Assembly: GCA_947169265.1 (NCBI GenBank)
Contig: CAMVPC010000016.1
Coordinates: forward strand, 3,169 to 67,168
DNA: 64,000 bases
Direction: 5' to 3'
Source: an uncultured Prevotellaceae bacterium
GTDB taxonomy: Bacteria; Bacteroidota; Bacteroidia; Bacteroidales; Muribaculaceae
Numbering within the stretch: position 1 is the first letter of the stretch; the number at the start of each line of letters is the position of its first letter. The position numbers and the translations under genes were made by a program. Below, one piece after another: positions 9,171-19,096 of this stretch. The notes under the pieces were generated by a model. The model ran no database searches. It was not told the DNA's origin and saw nothing but the letters and a program-made list of their open reading frames with translations.

Positions 9171-10223
9171 GTGGATTTTGTTTTATTGTTTTTCGCACTA
9201 GCTATTTGTGTTGCGTGTCGTAAGGCGGGAAAATCTAGTGAATTATATCTTTCATTAGATAACTCAATGAAATTGCGTGGAATTCTTGCTTTTGCGATAG
9301 TTCTGCATCACATGTCGGAGAAAATAACCACAGGTGGAAAATTCTTTCCTCTCATGGTTCATGCTGGATATTTAATTGTTGCTGTATTCTTTTTTCTGTC
9401 TGGATATGGTTGTTTGTTTTCATATATTAAGAAAGGAAAGTCTTATCTAAAAACATTTTGGAAAAATAGAATTTTGTACCTTATTATAATATATTTATTA
9501 ACAACAATAGCATATTTATTGTATTATAGAACTATAGGTCTATCTATGGGAATAAATAGTATTCTATATTCCTTTATTAATGGTAATCCTATTGCAATGA
9601 ATTCATGGTACATAATTGTACAATTATTTATGTACTTATTTTTTTATATTTCATATAGCATCCCCAAAATTAATAAATGGAGTAGAATATTATTGGCATT
9701 TAGTTTACTATTATTTTTAGCCATAATATTTGAATATTGCGAATATAAATCAATATGGTATATTTCAAATTTTGCATTTGTTTTTGGATTAATATATGCT
9801 CAAGAGAAAGATTTTTTTCAAAAAATATTGGAACGCAAATGGGCGATCATTTTTATTATTATACTTATGATTCTTGCTGTATTTTCTGCTTTGCCTTTAT
9901 TTTATGAAAATGACAATGTGTTTTCTGGTGTGTTTTCTATTCGACATATATCCAGATATATTTCTACAATATCGTTTGTTGCAATAATTATATTATTATT
10001 GTTTAAAGTCAGGATTATCGGTGTTTTTTGGGAAAGAATGGGTTTAATGTCATTAGAGATATATCTTTTACATGGTATGGTTTATTCATTCCTTCGTAGC
10101 CGTTTTTGTTACATAGAACAAGATGTGGTTTGGACAATCTTAACTATAGTCATTACTGTTATCATTTCATTCCCAGCTCATTATATTAATTCTTCAATTT
10201 CACAAATGATACGAAAAAAATGA
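9171..10223 (+). CDS. Membrane O-acyltransferase (acyltransferase family 3)
   Basis: LRGILAFAIVLHH, VAVFFFLSGYG, WYIIVQL, and SLEIYLLH motifs. Confidence 0.85.
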   Translation: MDFVLLFFALAICVACRKAGKSSELYLSLDNSMKLRGILAFAIVLHHMSEKITTGGKFFPLMVHAGYLIVAVFFFLSGYGCLFSYIKKGKSYLKTFWKNRILYLIIIYLLTTIAYLLYYRTIGLSMGINSILYSFINGNPIAMNSWYIIVQLFMYLFFYISYSIPKINKWSRILLAFSLLLFLAIIFEYCEYKSIWYISNFAFVFGLIYAQEKDFFQKILERKWAIIFIIILMILAVFSALPLFYENDNVFSGVFSIRHISRYISTISFVAIIILLLFKVRIIGVFWERMGLMSLEIYLLHGMVYSFLRSRFCYIEQDVVWTILTIVITVIISFPAHYINSSISQMIRKK

Positions 10224-10825
10224 GAGCGATTCATTTTGTATATAAATTATTTGGAGTTGCTTTTTGTAGATTGTGCCTTTGTTATTGGGATGTTCGAGAC
10301 TTTATTTCTCCACCGAAAGAAGAATCAATACTTTTTGTAGCTCATCCAGACGATGACACTCTGTTTTTCCATACATTTATCAAAAAGCATAAACCATATG
10401 TTGTATTATTAACTGCAGGGTGGTCTCTTAGACGACTCCCTTGTTTTTTTCGAACAATGAATCATTATGGTGTAAAGTATAGAGCTTATGATATGGGAAC
10501 AAGAGACAAACGTGTTTCACTATTAGAGAAACATATTAAAGCGTCTTTTTCAAAAGGAATTTTTAAGTGCTGTGCCACTCATAATGCAGAGGGGGAATAT
10601 GGTCATGAGATGCATCGTAGAGTTCATCAGGCTGTTTTAAAATACTCAAAGATTCCTGTTTTCGTACCTGTTGTATCAGATTTAATAGGTAAATATCCAT
10701 TAGACAGTACTGAAATAGACGAGAAGATTTATATTTTTAATTCATACTATACTACCGAAAAGTGGGTCATAGATCAATATTCTCATTGGGTGGTTAATGA
10801 AAAATTAGAGCTTTATACTTTATGA
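10220..10825 (+). CDS. PIG-L/LmbE-family de-N-acetylase
   Basis: VAHPDDD metal motif and GEYGHEMH second His motif. Confidence 0.75.
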   Translation: MRAIHFVYKLFGVAFCRLCLCYWDVRDFISPPKEESILFVAHPDDDTLFFHTFIKKHKPYVVLLTAGWSLRRLPCFFRTMNHYGVKYRAYDMGTRDKRVSLLEKHIKASFSKGIFKCCATHNAEGEYGHEMHRRVHQAVLKYSKIPVFVPVVSDLIGKYPLDSTEIDEKIYIFNSYYTTEKWVIDQYSHWVVNEKLELYTL

Positions 10826-11943
10826 TACCTGCTATTTATTATCATCTTTTCTATCTTCTATTTATTTCTTTTCTTAGTATATTAGCTTTTGCTAAATATC
10901 CCTGGGGAACTTCATTACAACCAATTATTAAAACAGATAATGTTAAATTTAGATTTGATATCTTATTATTTATTTTTTTGGTCTTTTTTATTGGTTTCCG
11001 TGACCCGTATTCTCGTGTATTTGTAGATACTGCTGCTTATACTTTGTTTTATGTGAGGCATTATTTAGATCTGTTTGAATGGGATTGGGATGCTCAAAAT
11101 GTTCTTTTTGATAATATCTATTACTTCATGGCCAGTACAATTCAGTCAGTGTCATGGTTTTATTTATTAATTTCATTAATTTATTTTGGTGGCATCTGGT
11201 ATGCGTGTAAAAGTTTGTTTCCAAAGGATCGATTTTCTTCTTTATTGGTTTATCTAGCTGCTTTTTCTACATTTTCTTATGCAACAAATGGAATAAAGGC
11301 TGGTGCAGCAGCATCACTTTTTTTAATTGCACTGGCTCTTAATGACAAAGATGGCAGATTAAAACTACTTTCTTATGTTCTTCTTATAATTACTATAGGA
11401 TTTCATCATTCCATGCGATTACCTGTGGTTGCTTTCGTAATTTGCAAACTAATTCGTAATCCTAGATTTTATACTTTTATATGGATAGTCTGTTTCATAC
11501 TAGCAGTTCTACGCATTTCATATTTTCAAGAATATTTTGTTGGGTTAGGAGAGGATATAGGTGATGAGAAAATAACTAGTTATCTTTCTTTAGATGATGG
11601 ACCTGGGGAAATTTATTTTACCGGTTTAAGGCTTGATTTTATAATATACTCAGTTGTTCCAATTATTGTTGGATGGATTAGTATTTATGGAAAGTCTGTA
11701 GAATCAAATAAATATTGTTTTTTGTTAAATCTTTATACATTAGTTAATGCAGTTTGGCTTCTATGTGTTCACGTTTATTTCTCTAATCGAATAGCATATT
11801 TGTCATGGCTAATGTACCCTATTGTTTTAATATATCCTTTTTTAAGGGAGAATTGGGGAGATAATAGATATGTTATTTTTAAATATGTTGCATACGGACA
11901 TCTATTGTTTACTTTGTTTATGAATTTTGTTTACTATGGATAA
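10822..11943 (+). CDS. wzy: Wzy/EpsG-family polysaccharide polymerase
   Basis: FIGFR...DT..Y, NGIKAG, FH.S, and RIAYLSW EpsG-like motifs; polytopic membrane protein. Confidence 0.8.
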   Translation: MIPAIYYHLFYLLFISFLSILAFAKYPWGTSLQPIIKTDNVKFRFDILLFIFLVFFIGFRDPYSRVFVDTAAYTLFYVRHYLDLFEWDWDAQNVLFDNIYYFMASTIQSVSWFYLLISLIYFGGIWYACKSLFPKDRFSSLLVYLAAFSTFSYATNGIKAGAAASLFLIALALNDKDGRLKLLSYVLLIITIGFHHSMRLPVVAFVICKLIRNPRFYTFIWIVCFILAVLRISYFQEYFVGLGEDIGDEKITSYLSLDDGPGEIYFTGLRLDFIIYSVVPIIVGWISIYGKSVESNKYCFLLNLYTLVNAVWLLCVHVYFSNRIAYLSWLMYPIVLIYPFLRENWGDNRYVIFKYVAYGHLLFTLFMNFVYYG

Positions 11944-12730
11944 ACCTCGTATTTCAGTAATTATTGGTATTTACAACTGTGGGTCAACTCTTAATGAGGC
12001 TCTTGACTCTTTATATGCACAGACATACCAAGACTTTAAAATTATTCTTTGTGAAGATGGCTCAACTGATAATACATATCAAGTTGCTTCTGATTATGCA
12101 TCAAGACACGACAATATTATTCTAATAAAGAATAACAAGAACATGGGATTGAATTATACTCTAAATCATTGTTTAGAGTATGCAGATACTGAATATATTG
12201 CTCGAATGGATGGAGATGATATTTCTTTGCCTGATCGTTTTGAGAAAGAAATTTCATTTCTTGACGAACACCCTGAATATGCCGTTGTTAGTGGACCTAT
12301 GATATATTTCGATGAAAAAGGTGATTTTCGTATTGGGAAGGGAAGAGGCGAAATAAAAAAAGAACATTTCATTCATGGCACGCCAATTTGTCATGCACCT
12401 TGTATGGCGAGAACAGATGTTATAAAAGCAGTCGGAGGATATACTGTTGATGATAAGCTTTTGCGTGTTGAAGATTATCATTTATGGTTTAAAGTTTTCG
12501 CTTCTGGATATAAATTGTATTCTTTAAATGAACCAATTTACAAAATGCGTGATGATAGAAATGCGAAGAATAGACGTAACTGGAAAACTCGAAGAAATGG
12601 TTTTTATGTAAGATATAAAGGTTATAGAATGATAGGAATACCATGGTACTATCAAATATATGCATTAAGACCTATCTTAGTATATTTGACACCTAATTTT
12701 ATTTATAATCACTTTCACAGGAAAGGATAA
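11927..12730 (+). CDS. GT2 glycosyltransferase
   Basis: ISVIIGIYN, EDGSTD, ARMDGDD, and VEDYHLW motifs. The start may be the ATG at 11936. Confidence 0.9.
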   Translation: MFTMDKPRISVIIGIYNCGSTLNEALDSLYAQTYQDFKIILCEDGSTDNTYQVASDYASRHDNIILIKNNKNMGLNYTLNHCLEYADTEYIARMDGDDISLPDRFEKEISFLDEHPEYAVVSGPMIYFDEKGDFRIGKGRGEIKKEHFIHGTPICHAPCMARTDVIKAVGGYTVDDKLLRVEDYHLWFKVFASGYKLYSLNEPIYKMRDDRNAKNRRNWKTRRNGFYVRYKGYRMIGIPWYYQIYALRPILVYLTPNFIYNHFHRKG

Positions 12731-12763
12731 AACAATTTATTATATTATTTAATAAAAAATTCA

Positions 12764-13732
12764 ATGAAAGTTTTAGTCACTGGTGGTGCCGGTTTTATCG
12801 GTTCTAACCTTACAGAACATTTGTTAGAGAATGGACATAGTGTGCGTGTCCTCGACAATTTTGCGACAGGTCACATTGAGAACTTATTGCCATTTTTTGA
12901 AAAGTATCCTGAAACTTTTGAGCTTCAGGTAGGTGACATACGTAATCTTGCTGATTGCCGAAAGGCTGTTGATAGTATGGAATATGTTCTCCATGAGGCT
13001 GCCTTAGGTAGTGTTCCACGTTCGGTTAAAGATCCAATCACAACCAATGAGGTTAATATTGGAGGATTTCTTAATATGATTGTTGCAAGTCGAGATGCTG
13101 GAATCAAACGATTTGTTTTCGCAGCCAGCAGTTCCACATACGGCGACAGTGAGACTTTACCTAAAGTGGAAGATAAGATAGGCCGCCCGCTTTCACCATA
13201 CGCAATAACTAAATATGTTGATGAACTTTATGCCGATGTTTTTGCACGCACATACGGAATTGAGTATATAGGTTTGCGTTACTTCAACGTGTTCGGTCGT
13301 CGTCAAGACCCACATGGAGCTTATGCAGCAGTAATTCCTCTTTTTGTAAAACAATTTATGAATCACGAGGCTCCTAATATTAATGGTGATGGCGAATACA
13401 GTAGAGATTTCACTTATATCGATAACGTGATTCAGATGAATATGCTCGCGCTTACTACAACTAATGAAGAAGCGTTGAATCAAATTTACAACACAGCTTT
13501 TGGCGAGAGAACTACACTAAATCAACTTGTTGGATACTTGCGGGAATACTTAGGAGAGTTTGATGAGCAGATAAAACATATTGAGCCCACTCATGGTCCT
13601 AATCGAGTTGGTGATATTCCCCATTCTCTTGCTTGTGTTGAAAAAGCTAAGAACTTGCTGAGCTATAATCCTAAGTTTAGTATGCGAGATGGATTAAAAG
13701 AGGCCGTTAAATGGTATTGGAATAATTTATAA
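12764..13732 (+). CDS. wbpP: UDP-GlcNAc(A) 4-epimerase, WbpP/TviC-like SDR
   Basis: [34 protein letters not shown] (YxxxK), LRYFNVFG, and RDFTYIDN motifs. Confidence 0.88.
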   Translation: MKVLVTGGAGFIGSNLTEHLLENGHSVRVLDNFATGHIENLLPFFEKYPETFELQVGDIRNLADCRKAVDSMEYVLHEAALGSVPRSVKDPITTNEVNIGGFLNMIVASRDAGIKRFVFAASSSTYGDSETLPKVEDKIGRPLSPYAITKYVDELYADVFARTYGIEYIGLRYFNVFGRRQDPHGAYAAVIPLFVKQFMNHEAPNINGDGEYSRDFTYIDNVIQMNMLALTTTNEEALNQIYNTAFGERTTLNQLVGYLREYLGEFDEQIKHIEPTHGPNRVGDIPHSLACVEKAKNLLSYNPKFSMRDGLKEAVKWYWNNL

Positions 13733-13746
13733 ATAACAAAAGTTAT

Positions 13747-15012
13747 ATGAATGATATCAAAATCTGTGTTATTGGTTTAGGTTATGTCGGACTTCCTTTA
13801 GCACGTCTTTTTTCAACAAAATACCCGACAGTTGGTTTTGACATGAGTCAAGCACGAGTAGATGCTTTGATGGAAGGTCATGATGCAACCCTTGAAGTTG
13901 CAGACGATTTATTGCAATCTGCATTGAAGAATGGTTTCAAATGTACAACTGACATTAATGCTATTCGTGATTGCAATTTCTATGTTGTAGCTGTTCCTAC
14001 CCCTGTTGATGAGAATAATAATCCAGATCTCACACCTCTTGTTGGAGCAAGCACTACAGTAGGTAAAGTTATTAATAAAGGAGATATTGTCGTGTATGAG
14101 AGCACTGTATATCCTGGTGTTACTGAAGATGAGTGTATCCCAGTTGTGGAACGCGTGAGCGGTTTGAAGTTCAATGAGGACTTCTTTGCCGGCTACAGCC
14201 CCGAGCGCATCAATCCCGGCGACAAGCTCCACACAGTAGAGAAAATCAAAAAAGTCACCTCAGGCTCTACACCCGAGGTGGCCGAAATCGTTAACAACGT
14301 TTATTCGAGCGTCATCACCGCCGGAACACACAAAGCAAGCAGCATCAAGGTGGCCGAGGCGGCGAAGGTGATTGAGAACTCACAACGTGATATCAACATA
14401 GCATTTGTCAACGAGTTATCGAAAATTTTCAACCGCATGGGCATAGATACGCAAGACGTGCTCGAAGCCGCCGGCACCAAGTGGAACTTCCTGCCGTTCA
14501 AGCCCGGTCTTGTGGGCGGTCACTGCATCGGCGTTGACCCGTACTACCTCGCCCAGTGCGCCCAGCGTTACGGTTACAACCCCGAAATCATTCTGGCCGG
14601 ACGCCGCATGAACGACGGCATGGGCGAATATGTCGCCAACGAGACCATCAAGCTCATGCTCAAGAAAGGCATTCAGGTACTCGGTAGCGACATCCTGATT
14701 ATGGGCTTCACCTTTAAGGAAAACTGCCCCGACGTGCGCAACACCAAAGTCATCGACATCTATCGCGCCCTCAAGGAATACAACCTGAATATCACCGTTT
14801 ACGACCCCTGGGCAAACCCCACAATCGCCAAACGCGAATACGGCATCGAAATCACAAACGAGTTGCCCAACCAAACCTATGATTCTGTAATTTTAGCAGT
14901 TGCACATAAAGAATTCATAGATATCAACATTACATCATTATGTAATTCAAACCACATCATTTTTGATGTTAAAGGAATGTTGGATAAATCTCTGATTGAT
15001 GGAAGGCTCTAA
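13747..15012 (+). CDS. wbpO: UDP-N-acetylhexosamine 6-dehydrogenase, WbpO/TviB-like
   Basis: [42 protein letters not shown], and [10 protein letters not shown] motifs. Confidence 0.88.
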   Translation: MNDIKICVIGLGYVGLPLARLFSTKYPTVGFDMSQARVDALMEGHDATLEVADDLLQSALKNGFKCTTDINAIRDCNFYVVAVPTPVDENNNPDLTPLVGASTTVGKVINKGDIVVYESTVYPGVTEDECIPVVERVSGLKFNEDFFAGYSPERINPGDKLHTVEKIKKVTSGSTPEVAEIVNNVYSSVITAGTHKASSIKVAEAAKVIENSQRDINIAFVNELSKIFNRMGIDTQDVLEAAGTKWNFLPFKPGLVGGHCIGVDPYYLAQCAQRYGYNPEIILAGRRMNDGMGEYVANETIKLMLKKGIQVLGSDILIMGFTFKENCPDVRNTKVIDIYRALKEYNLNITVYDPWANPTIAKREYGIEITNELPNQTYDSVILAVAHKEFIDINITSLCNSNHIIFDVKGMLDKSLIDGRL

Positions 15013-16171
15013 AAAGAAGATCATTAGGATGACAACAATTCCAGGCTCTATGAGGGGATTGTTGCAAAACCAACTCAAATTTATGTCTCAACATGGATAT
15101 GAGATGGTTGCATTATCATCTGATGATTCATGTTTTGATGAGATGCTTCACGAACAAGGTGACATTAGAGGGATTCGCATCAATATGGAGCGCCACACTT
15201 CGCCTATCAAAGACCTTAAAGCTCTCATCAAAATATATAAGGTTTTTCGCAAAGAGAAACCATTTATTGTTCATACTCATACCCCTAAAGCTGGCTTGCT
15301 TGGCATGCTTGCGGCAAAACTCGCAGGAGTGCCTCACAGACTTCACACTACAGCCGGCCTTCCATTACTTGTCTATAGTGGCACATATCGTAAGATACTA
15401 AATGCAATGGAGAGGCTAACTAACACCTGCGCAACTCAAGTTTTCCCAAATTCTTTCAATATGATGAAAACTATGGAAGAACTTCATTTGTGCAGTTCCA
15501 AAAAGATGAGAGTTATCGGCAATGGCAGCAGTAACGGAATTGATACTAAGCATTTCTCTGTTGAAAAAACGATAGAAGATACAGGCAAAGATAGAAGCAT
15601 GTGGCGAAAAGAGCTTGGTCTAGAAGCAGATGATTTCGCTTTTGTCTATGTTGGTAGAGTTGTAAAAGATAAAGGAATTAACGAACTCGTTAATTGTATG
15701 CGCCGGCTATTGCCGCAGAACAAAAACTGCAGATTAATCATGGTTGGCAAATATGAATCAAATCTCGACCCGATTGCTCCAGAGAATGTGGAATTCTTCA
15801 AGAATGACAAATCGTCCATATTTATGGGATGGCAAAAGGATGTCAGGCCTTTCATGATGGCAGCTGATGCTTTAGTATTCCCTAGTTATAGGGAGGGGTT
15901 CCCTAACGTAGTTATGCAAGCAGGAGCAATGGGCTTGCCTTCAATTGTAACTGATATAAACGGATGTAATGAAATAATTGATGAAGGGAAAAATGGACGC
16001 ATAATACCCTCCAAAAATGAAGATGCGCTTTATAGCATGATGGAGTGGTTCCTCAATAATCCTGGGGATGTTAAGAATATGGCAAACAAGTCTCGAGAAA
16101 TGATAGTCTCACGATATGACCGCCAAGTAATGTGGGAAGAAATTCTTAAAATGTATAATGACTTGAAGTAA
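14996..16171 (+). CDS. GT4 glycosyltransferase (CapM-like)
   Basis: [18 protein letters not shown], and [13 protein letters not shown] motifs. Confidence 0.9.
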   Translation: MMEGSKKKIIRMTTIPGSMRGLLQNQLKFMSQHGYEMVALSSDDSCFDEMLHEQGDIRGIRINMERHTSPIKDLKALIKIYKVFRKEKPFIVHTHTPKAGLLGMLAAKLAGVPHRLHTTAGLPLLVYSGTYRKILNAMERLTNTCATQVFPNSFNMMKTMEELHLCSSKKMRVIGNGSSNGIDTKHFSVEKTIEDTGKDRSMWRKELGLEADDFAFVYVGRVVKDKGINELVNCMRRLLPQNKNCRLIMVGKYESNLDPIAPENVEFFKNDKSSIFMGWQKDVRPFMMAADALVFPSYREGFPNVVMQAGAMGLPSIVTDINGCNEIIDEGKNGRIIPSKNEDALYSMMEWFLNNPGDVKNMANKSREMIVSRYDRQVMWEEILKMYNDLK

Positions 16172-16782
16172 TGTACAAGCGGTTTTTCAAGCGGTTTTTG
16201 GATTTTTGGATTGCACTTATTGCGCTGATATGCTTATCGCCGCTGCTGTTGGTGGTGACTGTTTGGCTGCATTTTGCTAATAAAGGAGCCGGTGCATTTT
16301 TCTTGCAGGAGCGCCCTGGCAAGGATGCCAAGATTTTCAAGATTATCAAGTTCAAAACAATGACCGATGAGCGAGACGCGGAAGGAAATCTTCTTCCTAA
16401 CGATAAAAGAATAACAAAAATTGGCAACATTTTGCGTGGAACCTCAATTGACGAATTACCTCAACTAATAAACGTGCTTAAGGGCGACATGGCATTGATT
16501 GGCCCGAGGCCACTAATGCCACGATATCTTAAATTATATTCACCTGAGCAGGCTCGACGGCATGATGTGCGTCCAGGCATTACAGGTTGGGCTCAAGTGA
16601 ATGGACGTAATAACATTTCTTGGACAGATAAGTTTAAGCTTGATGTATGGTACGTTGATCATTGTTCATTTTGCCTTGATTGCAAAATCATTTATAAGAC
16701 AATAGTTAATGTCATCAATCGTAAAGACATTGAATATGACGGGAATTCATTAAACTCAGAGGGTTTCAACGGGCATAATTGA
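16171..16782 (+). CDS. PglC-like priming sugar-1-phosphate transferase
   Basis: KRFLD, QERPG, KFKTM, DELPQLINVLKGDMALIGPRP, and [14 protein letters not shown]; short single-TM form. Confidence 0.9.
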   Translation: MYKRFFKRFLDFWIALIALICLSPLLLVVTVWLHFANKGAGAFFLQERPGKDAKIFKIIKFKTMTDERDAEGNLLPNDKRITKIGNILRGTSIDELPQLINVLKGDMALIGPRPLMPRYLKLYSPEQARRHDVRPGITGWAQVNGRNNISWTDKFKLDVWYVDHCSFCLDCKIIYKTIVNVINRKDIEYDGNSLNSEGFNGHN

Positions 16783-16783
16783 T

Positions 16784-18019
16784 ATGAAGAAGTTTATGAT
16801 ATTAGCTGGTGGCAATGATCAGGCAGCGTTGATAAAAGAGTTGAAATATCATTTTAATGGTGATGTTGAGATTATATTACTTGATATGTCATCTAACGTG
16901 AAGGCAAAATCGTGTGCAGATAAATTTCTGCAAATCAGCACGATGGATCGTGATGCGGTTCTTAAATCCGCAAAAGAGGAAAATATAGACTATATCTTAA
17001 CGGCTTGTGGGGACCAACCTCTTTCGACTATGGCATATGTATCGGCAAAAATGGGGCTTCCTTGCTATTTAAGTGAAGATGATGTGCTGAATTTGACAAA
17101 TAAAATCTATATGAAACGTAAGATGGTAGAGAATGATATTCCCACATCTAAGTTTCAAATTATTGAAAATATTGATGATAAAATAAATCTTGATGAATTC
17201 GAGTGGCCTATCATAGTCAAGCCTGTTGATAGCAATGGGTCTAAAGGGGTCAAGAAAGTGGAGCGAAAGGAGGATTTCCGAACATTGCTCAAAGAAGCAC
17301 TTTCATTTTCTTTGTCGAGAAACGCTATAGTGGAAGAATTTAAGGCTGGAGAGGAATTGTCAGTGGATGTTTATGTAGAAGGTTCTACAGCTAAGATTCT
17401 CTTAGTGACTACATCTAAAAAGATTCGAGAGAACAAAGATTCTTTCACGATATTGCAAAGTGAATATCCTCCTAGGATTCATTTTTCGGAAACTCGAATT
17501 CTTGAGATTGTTCAAAAAATAGTTAACACATTTAATCTCCATGACACACCATTGTTGGTCCAAATGATAACAAATGGAGTTGATTATTATGTTGTCGAGT
17601 TTAGCGCCAGAATGGGCGGTGGCTCAAAGTATCATTTAATTAATGTTCTCACAGGTGTGAATATAATGAGTGTTTACGTAGATATGGTTTTGGGTAAACA
17701 TCCATCTGTTACACCAAACAAAAATTGGAATAATGCGCTGATGTGTTATCTATATTGCACTCCCGGCATTTTTATGAAATTAAGTTGTTTTGACGATATG
17801 TGTAATAAAGGTATTATGCACAGCTATTTCACTTACAAAATGCCGAATTCTGAGATTAAGAAATCTACAACAAGCAGCGATCGAGTTGCTGGATTCCTTG
17901 TCGTTGGAAATTCTCGTGTCGAGGTAGAAAATAAATTAAGACTAATCAATGAAACCGTAAAAGTTCTTGACCCTACGGGTAAAGACATTATGCGGCATGA
18001 TTTTTTTATTAATAGTTAA
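16784..18019 (+). CDS. ATP-grasp ligase
   Basis: IIVKPVDSNGSKGV, IVEEFKAGEELSVD, and VVEFSARMGGG motifs; pre-ATP-grasp ILAGG..Q N-terminus. Confidence 0.85.
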   Translation: MKKFMILAGGNDQAALIKELKYHFNGDVEIILLDMSSNVKAKSCADKFLQISTMDRDAVLKSAKEENIDYILTACGDQPLSTMAYVSAKMGLPCYLSEDDVLNLTNKIYMKRKMVENDIPTSKFQIIENIDDKINLDEFEWPIIVKPVDSNGSKGVKKVERKEDFRTLLKEALSFSLSRNAIVEEFKAGEELSVDVYVEGSTAKILLVTTSKKIRENKDSFTILQSEYPPRIHFSETRILEIVQKIVNTFNLHDTPLLVQMITNGVDYYVVEFSARMGGGSKYHLINVLTGVNIMSVYVDMVLGKHPSVTPNKNWNNALMCYLYCTPGIFMKLSCFDDMCNKGIMHSYFTYKMPNSEIKKSTTSSDRVAGFLVVGNSRVEVENKLRLINETVKVLDPTGKDIMRHDFFINS

Positions 18020-18022
18020 AAA

Positions 18023-19096
18023 ATGAAGATAGCAGTTATTGGAGCTGGGAATGGAGGTCAAGCCATATCTGGCTATTTAAGTATGATTGGTTATGAGATA
18101 AGTCTATATGATATAGATGAGAATCGTATAAGCCACCTTAAGACCAAAGGCGGTATTACCTTACAAGGTAGATTGCAAGGATTCGGGAAAGTTTCATGTA
18201 TTACGACTAGTTTATATGAGGCGGTAAAAGGTGCAAAGATTATCCTTATTACTACGGTTGCTAATGCTCATTCAAATGTAGCTAAAAGTATTGCTCCTTT
18301 TATAGAAGACGACCAAATTATTATCTTAAGTCCAGGAAGAACATGCGGTGCTATAGTGTTCAAGCAGACATTAAAGAACAATGGTTGCAATAAAAGAATA
18401 TATCTGGCAGAGGCTCAAACGCTTGTTTATGCCTGTCGCATTGTTGAGGATGGATGCGTCAATATTATAGGAATAAAAGATGAGGTGTTGCTCTCTGCAA
18501 TACCTGCAAGTGACACCGATCATGTCTTGAAAATGATAACACCAATATATCCATGTTTTCAAAAGGCTGAAAATGTTTTAAGGACAAGCCTTGAAAATAT
18601 TGGTGCGATGTTTCATCCTTGTGTATTATTGTTTAATGCTGCAACAATTGAAAGAAATGAAGTATTTTGGTTCTATCGGGACATGACAGAACAGGTGGCT
18701 TCATTCATAGAGAAATTTGACGCCGAGCGTTTAGCTGTAGGCAATGCATATGGTGTTAAATTGCTTGGAGTCAGGGACTGGATTAAATTCGCTTATAATG
18801 ATACTGAAGGAGAATCACTCTGTGAACGTATGCGTAACAATCCTGCTTATCATGATATAAAATCGCCTTCAACAATATTTACAAGGCAATTAATTGAAGA
18901 CATCCCAACCGGCGTGCTGCCAATTATGGAACTTGGAAGAGCTGCTGGCGTCAGGACACCACTTTTAGAGTCGATGGTGAATATTTGCGAGGCATTGTTG
19001 AATATGGATTTGAGAAGCAATGGAAGAAGCTTATCAAACTTAGGATTAAAAGGATTAAACAAAGACGAAATAATAAATTATATTATTAATGAGTAA
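18023..19096 (+). CDS. NAD(P)-dependent opine (octopine/nopaline family) dehydrogenase
   Basis: GAGNGG Rossmann motif, PGRTCGA, AEAQTLVYACR, NIGAMFHP, and EDIPTGVLP family motifs. Confidence 0.85.
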   Translation: MKIAVIGAGNGGQAISGYLSMIGYEISLYDIDENRISHLKTKGGITLQGRLQGFGKVSCITTSLYEAVKGAKIILITTVANAHSNVAKSIAPFIEDDQIIILSPGRTCGAIVFKQTLKNNGCNKRIYLAEAQTLVYACRIVEDGCVNIIGIKDEVLLSAIPASDTDHVLKMITPIYPCFQKAENVLRTSLENIGAMFHPCVLLFNAATIERNEVFWFYRDMTEQVASFIEKFDAERLAVGNAYGVKLLGVRDWIKFAYNDTEGESLCERMRNNPAYHDIKSPSTIFTRQLIEDIPTGVLPIMELGRAAGVRTPLLESMVNICEALLNMDLRSNGRSLSNLGLKGLNKDEIINYIINE

